This document shows positions 10,080 through 20,760 of a stretch of 64,000 nucleotides of DNA, piece after piece. Source of the DNA: Anthoceros angustus (Eukaryota; Plantae; Anthocerotophyta); the NCBI GenBank assembly GCA_010909165.1, contig VJWM01000172.1, forward strand, positions 62,001 to 126,000, in the 5' to 3' direction. The notes beneath the pieces are model-generated. The model did not search any database and had not been told where the DNA came from. It saw nothing but the letters and a program-made list of their open reading frames with translations. The position numbers were made by a program, and so were the translations under genes. Every line of letters begins with the position of its first letter. Position 1 is the first letter of the stretch.

Positions 10080-12566
10080 CGGTATCTTTTGAAGGGGGTG
10101 AATATTCACGAAGGGGGTTTTCTGAAATTTATCTCCTGAAGGGGGTTTCATATGGGTATTGAACTCGTGGTTTTTGAGGTATGGGTGAATGTAAGGCAGA
10201 AAAGAAGGGCGAAAATTCCTGTGAACGAGTGATACAAGGTCCATTTCATGCCAGTGAAGGGTTATGGTGAAAGAGGTAACCTTATTTGGGGTGCATTTAA
10301 GACTCATGACAAGGGCCATTGCTGTCGGTCACTGCCGGTCTTTCTCGTACAACAACCCTAAAGACTCGTAAAAAGCACGGTGATCAGAATTGGATGACAA
10401 GCTAACCCCCTGACGGCCGAGGAGCAAAGCAAGTTCGAAGAAGAGGCGCGGTACGGCGCCTAACATTGCGATGATGCCTTGCGAAAGACGGAGAGTAGCA
10501 GGCCCATAGCGGGATGTGTGTACAAAAAGACTTTGGGTGTGGGGTGGGTGAGTGGCTTCTGCACACCTTCAATTGTGCCCGCAAATATAATCACATGGTT
10601 CAATCCCACATACTGCAATCGATGAACGAAAAAAAGTGTGCGGCAACTGGTTCCCGCCGACATATCGCACAGAAAAACATGCCCGCAGGGCTCATCGTGT
10701 GTTGCCTGTCAGTATGCCGCAATGCCGAGCGAGCAACTATGGCCACACTCCCCACATGTGCTTCTGCATGTAATGGAAAAAGGCTTGAACATTGGAAGTT
10801 ATTAAGCATGTGAAGTCTACAACGGCACATAGAGAACAACCACAACCAAAATCCTCTCATGGGCCTAGACTGTTTTCAGAAATATGTACTACACTTGGAA
10901 ATGTGCACTCCAAACTACAGGAATTGAGCTTCACACATAACCTCACCAATTGCGTCGAAGATGACCTAACATTCAGAGGGTTTCCTACTTTTCGCCAGAC
11001 TCCACGCTATCATCTTCGTTGGGCACGGCATCATGACCATCATCTTCACTGTCCTCGGTGGCACTTTGACTCGCTGGTTGAATAAAGCCTCGCAATTCAA
11101 TTAACTTATCCTTGATTGCCTTCTTATCCACAGCGTACAAATGTTTCCGCCTTCAAGTTGAACTCATAATAGAGGATGATAGTTTAGTGAACAAAAACCT
11201 CTACTTACACGATGGTCTATTTCTACGGCAGTCTCAAAGTAATGCTATGCTTCATGTTTTGGCGGGTACCTGAACAAGCCCATATATTCTTCGAGAACGA
11301 AGCTGCACATAGTACAGTACGAATGAATGAATGAATGAAAATAGGTCCATAGGTATTTTGGAAAATGCGCGCAACCATGGCATGAGAGGAGTTTCAATAT
11401 ACGCATCCATAAAGAGAACGCTGGCCGGCCGGCGCTCTTCCCCAACAAGCCTTCTACATGGGCGGCGGCGCCTTCTCCAAGCCTTGCGGCGCCTTCCCCA
11501 ACAAGCCTTGCCCATGGGCGCCGGCCGGCCGCGCCCCTAAGCCTTGCCCATGGGCACCGGCGGCGGTGCCCTTCTAACAAGCCTTGCCCATGGGCGCCGG
11601 CGGTCGGCGCCTTCCCCAACAAGCCTTGCCCATGGGCCGGCCGGTCGGTGCCCTCCTCATGTACCTCCCCACCCCATGGGCGCCGGCGGCACCTCCCATG
11701 CATGTTCTCCTCATGGGCTGCCGTTAATAAAATAAATAATTAGTGCTTCCTATGTGTCTCAACCTGGGATAGCTACTCAAGTGGTTTGGAAACAGGGTCA
11801 TCGGCTCGAATCCTCAAGAGGTTAAAAAAATAAACTTTGTTGATTTTATGGGCGCATGGGCGCGGGCATTTAAGGGTGCTAGCATGCCCATCTATTGAGG
11901 ATGACTTGAGGTGTGCAGGATATATTCCACAACGGATCCATGGGTATGAGGTTTTGCCAGATGCTAACAAAGAATTGACATTCGAGGCCCACCGCAGAGG
12001 ACTTGCGCAATTCTGGGCAAAGGTTGTATGTATCAACGAGAAGGACTCTTTGAAAGCGCAGGTGGTTTTTTTGAATGCTCGTCGACTGAAGACCAAAACT
12101 GAGAAGGACTGAATGAAGACTCAAGGGCTTTAGGCGAGAACGATAGCTTCGATGAACAGGAACTAGAGCGGATTCGAAATTCGGTCATCGTGATGGATTC
12201 GAAGTCCGCTCTAGCACCGGATAAGTCACAAGTTAGCGATAGAGAGTAGGTTTATGGTTCTGTAGGCATCTAGATGTGCTTCTTCTCTGTGTTCGTAATA
12301 ACTTTTGGACCCGTTGCAGTGAGGCAATTGATGATTTCATTTTCCCCGCTTCCTCAAGCGAAGGCGCCGGCAGGCCGGCGCCTTTGCTTGGATTTGTTGT
12401 CTTTGTGTGTTGGAAACGGGTTTTCATGATAACTACTTGTTAGAAAACGGTCGACCTTTCTTGAAAACAAGGTAAAACGCATATTTCGGGACTGTGTAGA
12501 ATGTGCTAAGAGGGTTTCCATGTCACAGAAGGGGGTTCGGATATTCACCCCCTTCGAAAGATACGG
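10080..12566. mobile_element. Degenerate TIR DNA transposon, ~2.5 kb (possibly Tc1/mariner-pogo superfamily)
   Basis: 26-bp TIRs (CGGTATCTTTTGAAGGGGGTGAATAT versus CCGTATCTTTCGAAGGGGGTGAATAT, 24/26). Left flank is TA, right flank TG. Subterminal GAAGGGGGT motifs are repeated. No intact transposase. Confidence 0.65.
11425..11700. repeat. GC-rich degenerate minisatellite (~40-50 bp unit, about 6 copies) inside the TIR element
   Basis: Recurrent CCCCAACAAGCCTTGCCCATGGGCGCCGGC core. Confidence 0.85.
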
Positions 12567-13556
12567 TGTTCTATGCAGAATTCACTTCCCACAAGCCACA
12601 ATCTTCCAAAGTCGTAGAATTGTGGCTCCCGTTATGAGATGCCTTTTTGTTTATGTGTGAATCAGATGCATGCGAATTGCATACCATTGGAAAGTCCGTG
12701 ATAGCATGAGAAAGGCCTCATTTTCCCACATTTATTGAGCACGAGATGAGGACATGAAAATGGAAAGATTGCAGCTCATGAATTATTGGAAAAATAGGCC
12801 AGTAGAACCTGATTATTGTGGATTATCTACTTGCACCAAGAGCATCATCTCCCTCTAGGCATCTAGGCACAGGATGCTTAACTACAACAATTTTATAAGA
12901 GTATGTGCAATATTTTCATAAATGTGTGTCCATTTAGTTTGAGCCCTTTGGATACACATTTATAGTTATATTTTTACATATTAATTACACTCCCTTTCCT
13001 TCGGAGACACTTTTTTAATTAGATCAACATGGTCATCATGTTGATCTATGTCGCATCAAGTTGGTCTAAGGTGTCACTGGGTTTGTGGGTTAGAACAATT
13101 AAAACATTTTTTTACCCTTAACCCTAAATTTGGAATATTTATTACTATAATTTTTAAAAAATATAACTACTCTAGAGTTGCGACTTTGTGTGTCTATTTT
13201 TATTCACCAAAAACTCAGAAATAATTCAATGGATCTAGAACTTATTATCTATAGAGATATCGTCACTTACAATGTTTTTTTTCTTTTTGCTCGATTAAAA
13301 TAGCCCTAAACCTTACATAAAAACAGAAAGAAGTCTATTATATACTCTCAATGGACTATAATACTTCTTTTTCTTCTACTTGGGTTATAGGAAGGTCATG
13401 CCAAAGAAAAAAAGGTATGAACATTCTTGTCTTCGGTAACCTAGTTGGGTGGGAGGAAGGTCGTGCCAAAGAAAAAAGTATGAACCTTCTTGTCTTCGGT
13501 AACCCATGTGGGGGTGATAGAAAGAGAAAACAAAACGCTTGAATAAGTTCAAAGGC

Positions 13557-13617
13557 CTCCGCTGCCAGGAACCGAACCCACATCACATCGATGCCAAGAG
13601 ACGGCAACTACAACGAC
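13557..13617 (-). pseudogene. tRNA-like remnant (Asp/Glu-like) lacking the D-arm; tRNA pseudogene or SINE head
   Basis: Minus strand reads GTCGTTGTAGT...TGCC-GTCTCTT-GGCA...GGGTTCGGTTCCTGGCAGCGGAG. The 5' and 3' ends resemble plant tRNA-Asp(GTC) as I recall it, a B-box-like motif is present, and a T-run lies ~20 nt downstream. Confidence 0.35.
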
Positions 13618-14252
13618 ATGTCATAGCTTCATTTTTCTTGGGCATAATTTTGCTTCAAGAAGGCACTGGAGTCGATTTCCACTGAAGACACCTATCGAAG
13701 AAATATGGGCACCGCATATATTTCCACCGGAACAGACATGTGAAAGCGCTCCCAGACACCACGATTTAAATTTCAAAGAATTGGTGTATAACAGCAAGTG
13801 CGCCACTTCAGTCGGAACCCGCTGCTTGACGGCGTCGGCCAGACTTCACACATCTGTTCATGAGGTAAGCAGCCTTTCCTCCCTTCTGAGGGCACTCACC
13901 ATTCCTAACGTACCATTGATCGAGAGATTTTACAGAATCCCAAACCCAGTCAATCTTTAAGAACTCTTGATCCCTCAAACTCTTTTTAAAAACTCATCCC
14001 CTGTTGATGAAAGATTTTTACTTCGATCAACAGAGTGCGTCAGTCAGTCTCTTGAGTACTCTTGAGGGAACTCTACATCCCTCAATCTCTTGGAAAAAAC
14101 TCACCCCCTGTTTGATCGATTGGTATAATTTTGGTAGTCCCTCCTGTCTTTCAAGAAATCACTTCCTGAGGATCGATACACAAAATCTCATTCCCTTACT
14201 GAGCTACAAATCCAGATGGTTAGTTCCCCCACGCTTCGTGATTCAGTAGATG

Positions 14253-15566
14253 TCAGAGATCACGTGTAAGACCCATTGCTATCAACGTCGAAAAGATCAA
14301 GTCGCGCACCTCTGGTTTGTTCCCCACACCTAAAAAGTGGAGCACTCCAATCTTTTTCTTTTGGTTGTGCCTGTAGATGGCCAGCACCTCTCCTGTGGCC
14401 TCTACGAAGCATTCATAGTAGGTCTTTTTCCTCTTCTTTCGACCCAGCAGACGCACCTGTCCAACTCCCTCACTGTGGAGCCCTACTATGTCTATGTGGC
14501 TGAAAGCAAGGAGGACATCATAACGCTGCTCGACGTACTGACGACGATGTTCGTCGCGTTTCCGAAAGTGACGACTCACCAATAAGCTCCCCGCTCGACT
14601 TCGTCCGATTCCGTTTTCCACCTTGGCACTGGTTACCGTACCGTGCAAGGAACCACCGGAGGTGATGAAGGCGTTCAGCTCCTTGCTCCCTGAAAGGCTT
14701 TGCTTCTCCTCTGGAAGGCGGATGTCATACACTCCTGCCGTTGCGTTCTCTAAGCTCGCCGACATCCTTCTTGCTCTGCCGAACAAAGAGAGAGGATTGT
14801 TGAGCCATGTCGTCGCAGTGTATACCCGCCTCTTGCTGGAGTCTGAGACGGTGAACTGAACCTGTTTCCCTCTCTTGATTTTGGATGCGAGGTTGCGGGG
14901 CGTTACCAGTTCCAGCTTGTTCACCCCAGCCGACGGATCTCGCAGTGTCTCCGACTCCTGGCTATGCAGCGGCTCCGAATTCTTACCCTGCCGCTAACCA
15001 TAAAATGAACACCACTTCAGCTACCAGCTCATTAGGGCTGCCAAGGGAGATTCGCAACAGGTACCTACCTCGAGGAAGATGGAAAGATCATCTGCCAGCC
15101 TCTGCGTCTCGTCCGATTGGAGTTGCACCTTCTCGATGCGTTCAGTGTTGGCGCATGCGCAAGAGCAGAGAATGAAGTGGAGGAGTCCGTGTGGACTGTT
15201 ATGGAGATAGTAAACCAGGGAGAAGGTTTTGGATGCAGATATTCTGGCCCTGAGCAACAGCCGCTCCCTGTCCGCTTCATCGTTGCAATGGTTCTGCAAG
15301 TGACAAGCTTAGCAAGCCAGTGCACCGAGCACTTGGTGCTCCAGGTAGCAAGCTCCTGCAAACTTGCAATCTACAAGCTGCACTGCTTTCACCTTGCAAA
15401 GGTTGAGTTGATTGCGCACGTGCAAGATCCAATCCTTAAGAACTACATAGCTGGACCGCGTGGAGGCCTCGCCGGAGTCTATCAAAATGTTCAAGTATGG
15501 AAGAGCTGCCGAGAAAGTGGAGACGATATCCTGCACAAGCGTCTCGGCCACCACTAGGATTGCCAT
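14253..15566 (-). CDS. Predicted 377-aa protein: helical N-terminal domain plus C-terminal LURP-one/tubby-C-like domain
   Basis: Exons 15566-15393, 15293-15069 and 14987-14253, joined by phase-0 GT-AG introns of 99 and 81 bp; intron 1 removes the in-frame TAA at 15309. The C-half has QFTVSDSSKRRVY and ends in a hydrophobic helix (DLIFSTLIAM), as in LURP-one-related proteins. Confidence 0.65.
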
Positions 15567-15796
15567 CCCGCAAAGCTTCAAAGGAGATGTGCATCGTGCT
15601 CTTACAGTGGTCCGAGGACCTTTCTTCTCAAGGTTTCTTCCATGGTTGACGGTTCCGTGACGCTCTTTGTGCGTCACGCGTTTCCTTTGGCCTCAAGTAA
15701 TGTGTGGCCCACACTTTGCACTTTCACCACGACGAATGACAAAATGGACTCCTGACTTGTTAAACTACACCTTTACACTCGGCTCACAGCTACCCA

Positions 15797-15930
15797 ATCG
15801 GTGTCATCGTAAATGACAAACAGTGCTCTCTAACAAAGCCTTCTCGATCGGTGTTATCCTAAATGACAAACAGCGCTCTCTAACAGAGCCTCCTCGATCG
15901 GTGCCATCGTAAATGGCGAACAGCGCTTTC
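15797..15930. repeat. 50-bp tandem repeat, ~2.5 copies
   Basis: ATCGGTGTCATCGTAAATGACAAACAG... at 15797, 15847 and 15897, with substitutions between copies. Confidence 0.85.
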
Positions 15931-16039
15931 CAAGCTCGAGACAACGTCTTCGTCTTTTGGTGACTGCCCATCGTGAAGGCGCTTTTCTTCGTTGTGATTG
16001 TGAAAGTTTATTGTCACAGTGAAGGTGTCGTCTTCCGTG

Positions 16040-16545
16040 TGAATATTTACTACGACGGGAAGGTGAGCCCAAAGGATGTGGTGACTTGGAATGCCCTGAT
16101 TGCTGGGTATGGACAGAAAGGGCTTGTTCAAGGGGCGCTGTTTTTGTATGGGTGAATGCAGCAGGAGGGCATGATTGTGGCTAATGAGGTTACTTTTGCT
16201 TACCTTTTTGAAGGCGTGTGCAATCGTTGGTGCCTTACAACAGAAGGGGAGGCCCTAATTGTAGCTAATGAGGTTACTTTTGCTTGCCTTTTGAAGGCGT
16301 GTGCAAGCGTTGGTGCTTTACAGAAGGGGAGGGCTTGATTGTAACTGATGAGGTTACTTTTGCTTGCCTTTTGGAGGCGTGTGCAAGCGTTGGTGCTTAC
16401 AGAAGGGCAGGCAGCTGCACTCACAGATTGTGCAAAGAGGACATTTGGATAACATACTTGTGGGCGCTTCCCTAGTGGAGCTGTATACCAAGTGTGGCGA
16501 ATTGGAAGATGCACGCCTCGTTTTTGACAGCTTGGCCAAGAAAAT
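16040..16545 (+). pseudogene. PLS-class PPR pseudogene fragment with a triplicated ~80-bp motif
   Basis: KDVVTWNALIAGY, MQQEG..NEVTFACLLKACASVGALQKGRQLH and LVELYTKCGELEDARLVFD motifs, broken by a stop (16153-16155) and frameshifts. The NEVTF segment starts at 16174, 16258 and 16338. Confidence 0.88.
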
Positions 16546-17365
16546 TCTTACAACGATATTTGTAATGCGCTTGGCATTATTTATAAATCGATAAATTTTA
16601 CGACGTATTTGTAATGAACATGACACATCAACAATTTTACTAATATATAATCTCATAAATGACATAAATCAGGAAAAGGTGTCCTCTACAATTTTACAAT
16701 GGCATTTGCGATAAGCATGCCACATCAGCAATCTTATCAATATATAACCTCATAAATGACAAAAATAAGGAAAAGGTCTCTTCCACAATTTTATAACGGC
16801 ATTTGCAACAAACATGCCACATCAGCTAATAATATATTTATTCATGGATACATAATGACATAATTCATGAAAAAATTTGGCTTCTGCATTTTACAACCAT
16901 AGTTACGACGCATATGCCACGTCGAACTTGCCACATCAGCAAATAATAAATCTATTCATAGGTATTCCCATAAATGGTATTATTCCAAAAAATCAAGTCT
17001 TGCACAATTTACAACCACATCTACAACAAACATGGTTTACAGCAACTTTTACAAGTACCAATTACAACATCCTTTACAAACAACATGCCATGTCATTATA
17101 TATTAAAAAAATATAGTTTTATTAACAAATAATCCCCCTAGTTTCTTAAATAAAAAAGAGTTTATGCACAATTAACAACATCATGTACAACAAGCATGCC
17201 ATGTCAACAAATCCCCGTTGTAAAATCCGTGCCAATATGCCATATCAACAAACCTCTGTTGTAAAATCTGTGCCACATCATATTAGTTAGGAACCCTTGT
17301 TGTAAATGTTCGAAAAACTTACAACAGGGCTTTGAGTTGTAGTAAGAGTGTTGTAGTTTTCTTTG
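16545..17365. repeat. AT-rich segment with dispersed short motifs; possible decayed DNA transposon that truncates the PPR fragment
   Basis: Repeated (A)TGCCACATCA / ATGCCATGTCA and TTTACAAC motifs, with the reverse form GTTGTAAA near the right end. No clear termini. Confidence 0.4.
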
Positions 17366-18415
17366 CGCAGCCGTCATTTTCGCTGTGTTAATTGCAGTTG
17401 TGTGAAGGAGAGAAGACATAAAGCCCGCATCAAGTTGAGGGCACAACAGGTGTTCTCACTCTCTCTGTGCATGACAGGAGCTATTAAGTTCAGTGTACCA
17501 GCCTACAGACCTGTCAAGCTTCAAGGATTAGCTGATGGATAGCACATTTGCAAGCATCATGATGGCTAGCTACAATAATCTGGTGGGAATGCAAGCTCTC
17601 AATTTATAGTGGACTTAGTTGTAGGGAAGGGTTGGAAGCATGGATTGAAGCTGTTTCGAAGATGTTGAGGGCAACCAAGTGTATGTCGAGCTATAGAAGC
17701 TCTGAAGGCCCATTAATTGGGTTTTCTAACAACCAGATCCTAGAAGAAGAAACTGAACATGGTGAAATTGAACTAGGGAAGCCAAGTTTTCGGAAACTTG
17801 GCAGATGAGAATGTGAAGTATTTCACAACGGAAGTGCCTCTATTAGAGGTTGCCTTAGCTAGGATGAGTTGCAAGAGTGGAGAGAAAGCTGAAACCTTTT
17901 GAAACTGTGGCTGCGGGTTCTCGGCATCTTGCGGGTCTGGTCCGCCTACCCTACATGCTCAAAGCTTTTTCTACGCTCCTTACAAATGTCTCCTCGTTAC
18001 AAGCACGATCTTGTTTCTTCTTTTCTCTAAAGCTCGGGTTCCCAAGCATGTGGAACAAAGTCTTTGGGTGGTTGAGCCAGTTGCGTCCTCATGGAATGGA
18101 GGACGCTCCCCGGGCACTTGAAAAGCATCTCCTATCCAAGACCTTGTCTAACCTCTGAGGCTCTGAGTGGAGTAAACTTCCACCTTACCAGGTGAATTGC
18201 AAGGTCCTGGATAGAAGGATAAACAGGTGCTCATCTTCTATAGACGTTGATCACAAGGTGGGTCTTGAAAACATTTCTTCACCTTCTTCTTTCCTCCGCT
18301 CAAAGACACATCTCCACCATACATCCATGCCTTTGCCTGCGATGGAAGTCTACGAAGGTGTATACAATGGTTCAATATGGTCACACTTGGGACAGATAAC
18401 ATGCGGAGAACTTCA

Positions 18416-20062
18416 TCATTGAGACTGTTGCAGGAACTGGAGAAGGAGGTCATTGAATCTGTCAGGTTCGTCCCACATTGGCCAGTGGGAAGCCTGCCAC
18501 ATGAGAGAACGGGACGATGCGTCCTGTCACGTCTGCAGGGATCAAAAGCAAAAGCATGCTGCAGTGCCAAATGAGTCCAACCATACGAAACGAAGACGGC
18601 GCAGCACCTGGGGGAGCAGCACCAATTCGGCATGTGGGACAAGGTCTTTGGGTGGTTGAGCCAGTTGCGTCCTTATGTAATGGTCACTCTCTCCCCAAAT
18701 GATGAGAGCAGGCAGGGGAATGCAAGAGGATTTCCCTTCCCAGTACCCAAAGAATCCTGCTCTGTAGAGATTTAGAGCTGCTTCCACTGCTCCAGGTTTG
18801 GAGTATGCCTGCACATGCCTACCACGAACACTCGTCTCGTCAGCGCCCACAGAGAATCTCACAAACCCACATAGGCCCATCGTGCTACTTGAGCTGTTAC
18901 GGAGCAGGACCAACCTCTCGATGCCCTCGTCTGACAGAGGATAACAGGGCCCGTACTCAAGCACCTTCCTCAGAAACCTGTATCTGTTAAACCCGGACGT
19001 CTTGGGAAGTCATTGAACTGCCTAAGAAACGGATCTTCTCAGAACCCAAGGAAACTTATGCCAGCCTGACTTGCAGCTCACCTGAACATTCTTATCACCA
19101 TCTCTGGAATCACTGGAAGCTGGAAGAAGTCTGCTTACATAGGCAAACACACAGGCTTCGGACTGAAACACTACAACCAGGGTGGGGCTGGAAGCAAAAA
19201 AGATCCGACACAACTTACAAATGTACCAACTCCTCAACATCTGGCGAACGTCTGACCATAAAGCCCGCCTAAACAAACTTGGGTGGGGGGAATTCACAAT
19301 CACAAGCCTACGCAGCTTGTCTGGATATCTCTCAGCAAAAGCCCAAGCCAAAAATCCTCCCCAGTCATGTCCCACCTGCAACGCAATATTGCACATCAAG
19401 GGCACCTAAACTTCGACGTTGCACTAACCGAAAAGAGACAGGAAGACCTTGCAACTGCACCAAAGTGGCAGGTCTGTCTCCTCCGAAATGCTCAATCAAG
19501 TGCCACACGTCAGATTCCATAGCTTTCCGGCTATAGCTTGCCACACCCTCTGGCTTGGCCGACGAATTGAAGCCCCTCAGGTCTGGAGCAATGACACGAT
19601 AACCTGCCTGAGAAAGGGCCCCAAATTGTGCCATCCAAACATACCAGAAGTTGGGAAATCCGTGTAACAACAGGACCTGCAGATCCAGCTAGCTCTTGTG
19701 AATGCAAGGCGTTTTGAAAGCAGAAGAGACGGAACGATCAGGTTCACAAGAGCTCTCTCTCCTCCTGTACAAACACTCTTTCCACTGACCAGCTCTCCAG
19801 ATGGGCTTCCGCATTCCACAAAGTGAAGTTTTACTGAGGGTGTGGTGAGATATCCGTGAAGAAGTTTACACCCCTCCACCACTTCCTCTCCACAGCATTC
19901 AGAGCTGCTGTTGCCACCACCATTGTCCATGCCAACCGCTCTCATCCCGATTCTGGTTTCAACGCGCAGCGGGCTGAATCTACTCTTCAGGACTTGGATG
20001 TGCATTGGTGGACATCCAAAGCGGCACAAGCGTGCGCTCAGGCTTGACGAGAACAGGGACAT
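18416..20062 (-). CDS. Alpha/beta-hydrolase, epoxide hydrolase-like, with probable organellar transit peptide; multi-exon
   Basis: HGFP oxyanion motif, APDLRG, GHDWG nucleophile, [22 protein letters not shown], and a last exon [21 protein letters not shown] (18493-18416). The Ser/Arg-rich N-terminus starts at ATG 20062. Confidence 0.9.
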
Positions 20063-20760
20063 CAGGGTGGATACCAGACACTAGAGAACTGAAGTTTTCA
20101 GGAACTGCAGCGATATCCCCTAAGTTTCGGCTGCCACTGACAACCACCACCAAGGATCTGAATTCAGGCCACAAGTAGGAAGGAAACTTTACGGGTATTG
20201 GAAGCACGAGCCCAGGAAGAATCGTTCGATGACCAGAAATGGACAACAGTAAATCTCGAAATCTCTTCCTTTTGACTGCAAGCATCTTACCCATGTAATT
20301 CTACAGCACACCAAGCCACTGTCCTTGCCAATTCCTGCTGTACAGCTACTCATTCTGTCCGAGGAGTACCTGCAGCCCAGCGAGCAACAGGAGCCAGGTG
20401 ACCATATTATGAAACAGAGGCCTGGGTCACATGTACAAGAGGTGACAGTCCAGCCATGTGGAATAAACAGCTGGAAGGCTGTGGATCGGCTTTACTACAC
20501 ATGGTACTTACACACACATCGGGTGGGTGACTTGGATCAGGACACAGACGTCTTTTCCAAAAGTCTTGCCCCTGAAATAAATGGTACCTCTCAAATGAAT
20601 GGGCCCTTTGGCCGTGGCATACAGCATAGTCAGCAAAGAAACAGTCGGTGCCAACAGCATAGACTTGGTAAAATCGCCATCGAGAGAAGAAGAATCATCC
20701 GGGTCAGCAAAAAATTGAACTACTGCTGAAGAACAATGTGTTAGCAACAAAAGCCTCCAG

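Noticed and set aside
10514-10813. KDFGCGVG resembling a SAM-methyltransferase motif I
   Set aside because: No other methyltransferase motifs; short ORF inside a decayed TIR element.
15117-15557. 146-aa plus-strand ORF
   Set aside because: Antisense, in register with exons 1-2 of the minus-strand LOR-fusion gene, whose splice signals are on the minus strand.
17400-17900. Possible LINE RT remnant
   Set aside because: No recognisable RT motifs in any frame I translated.
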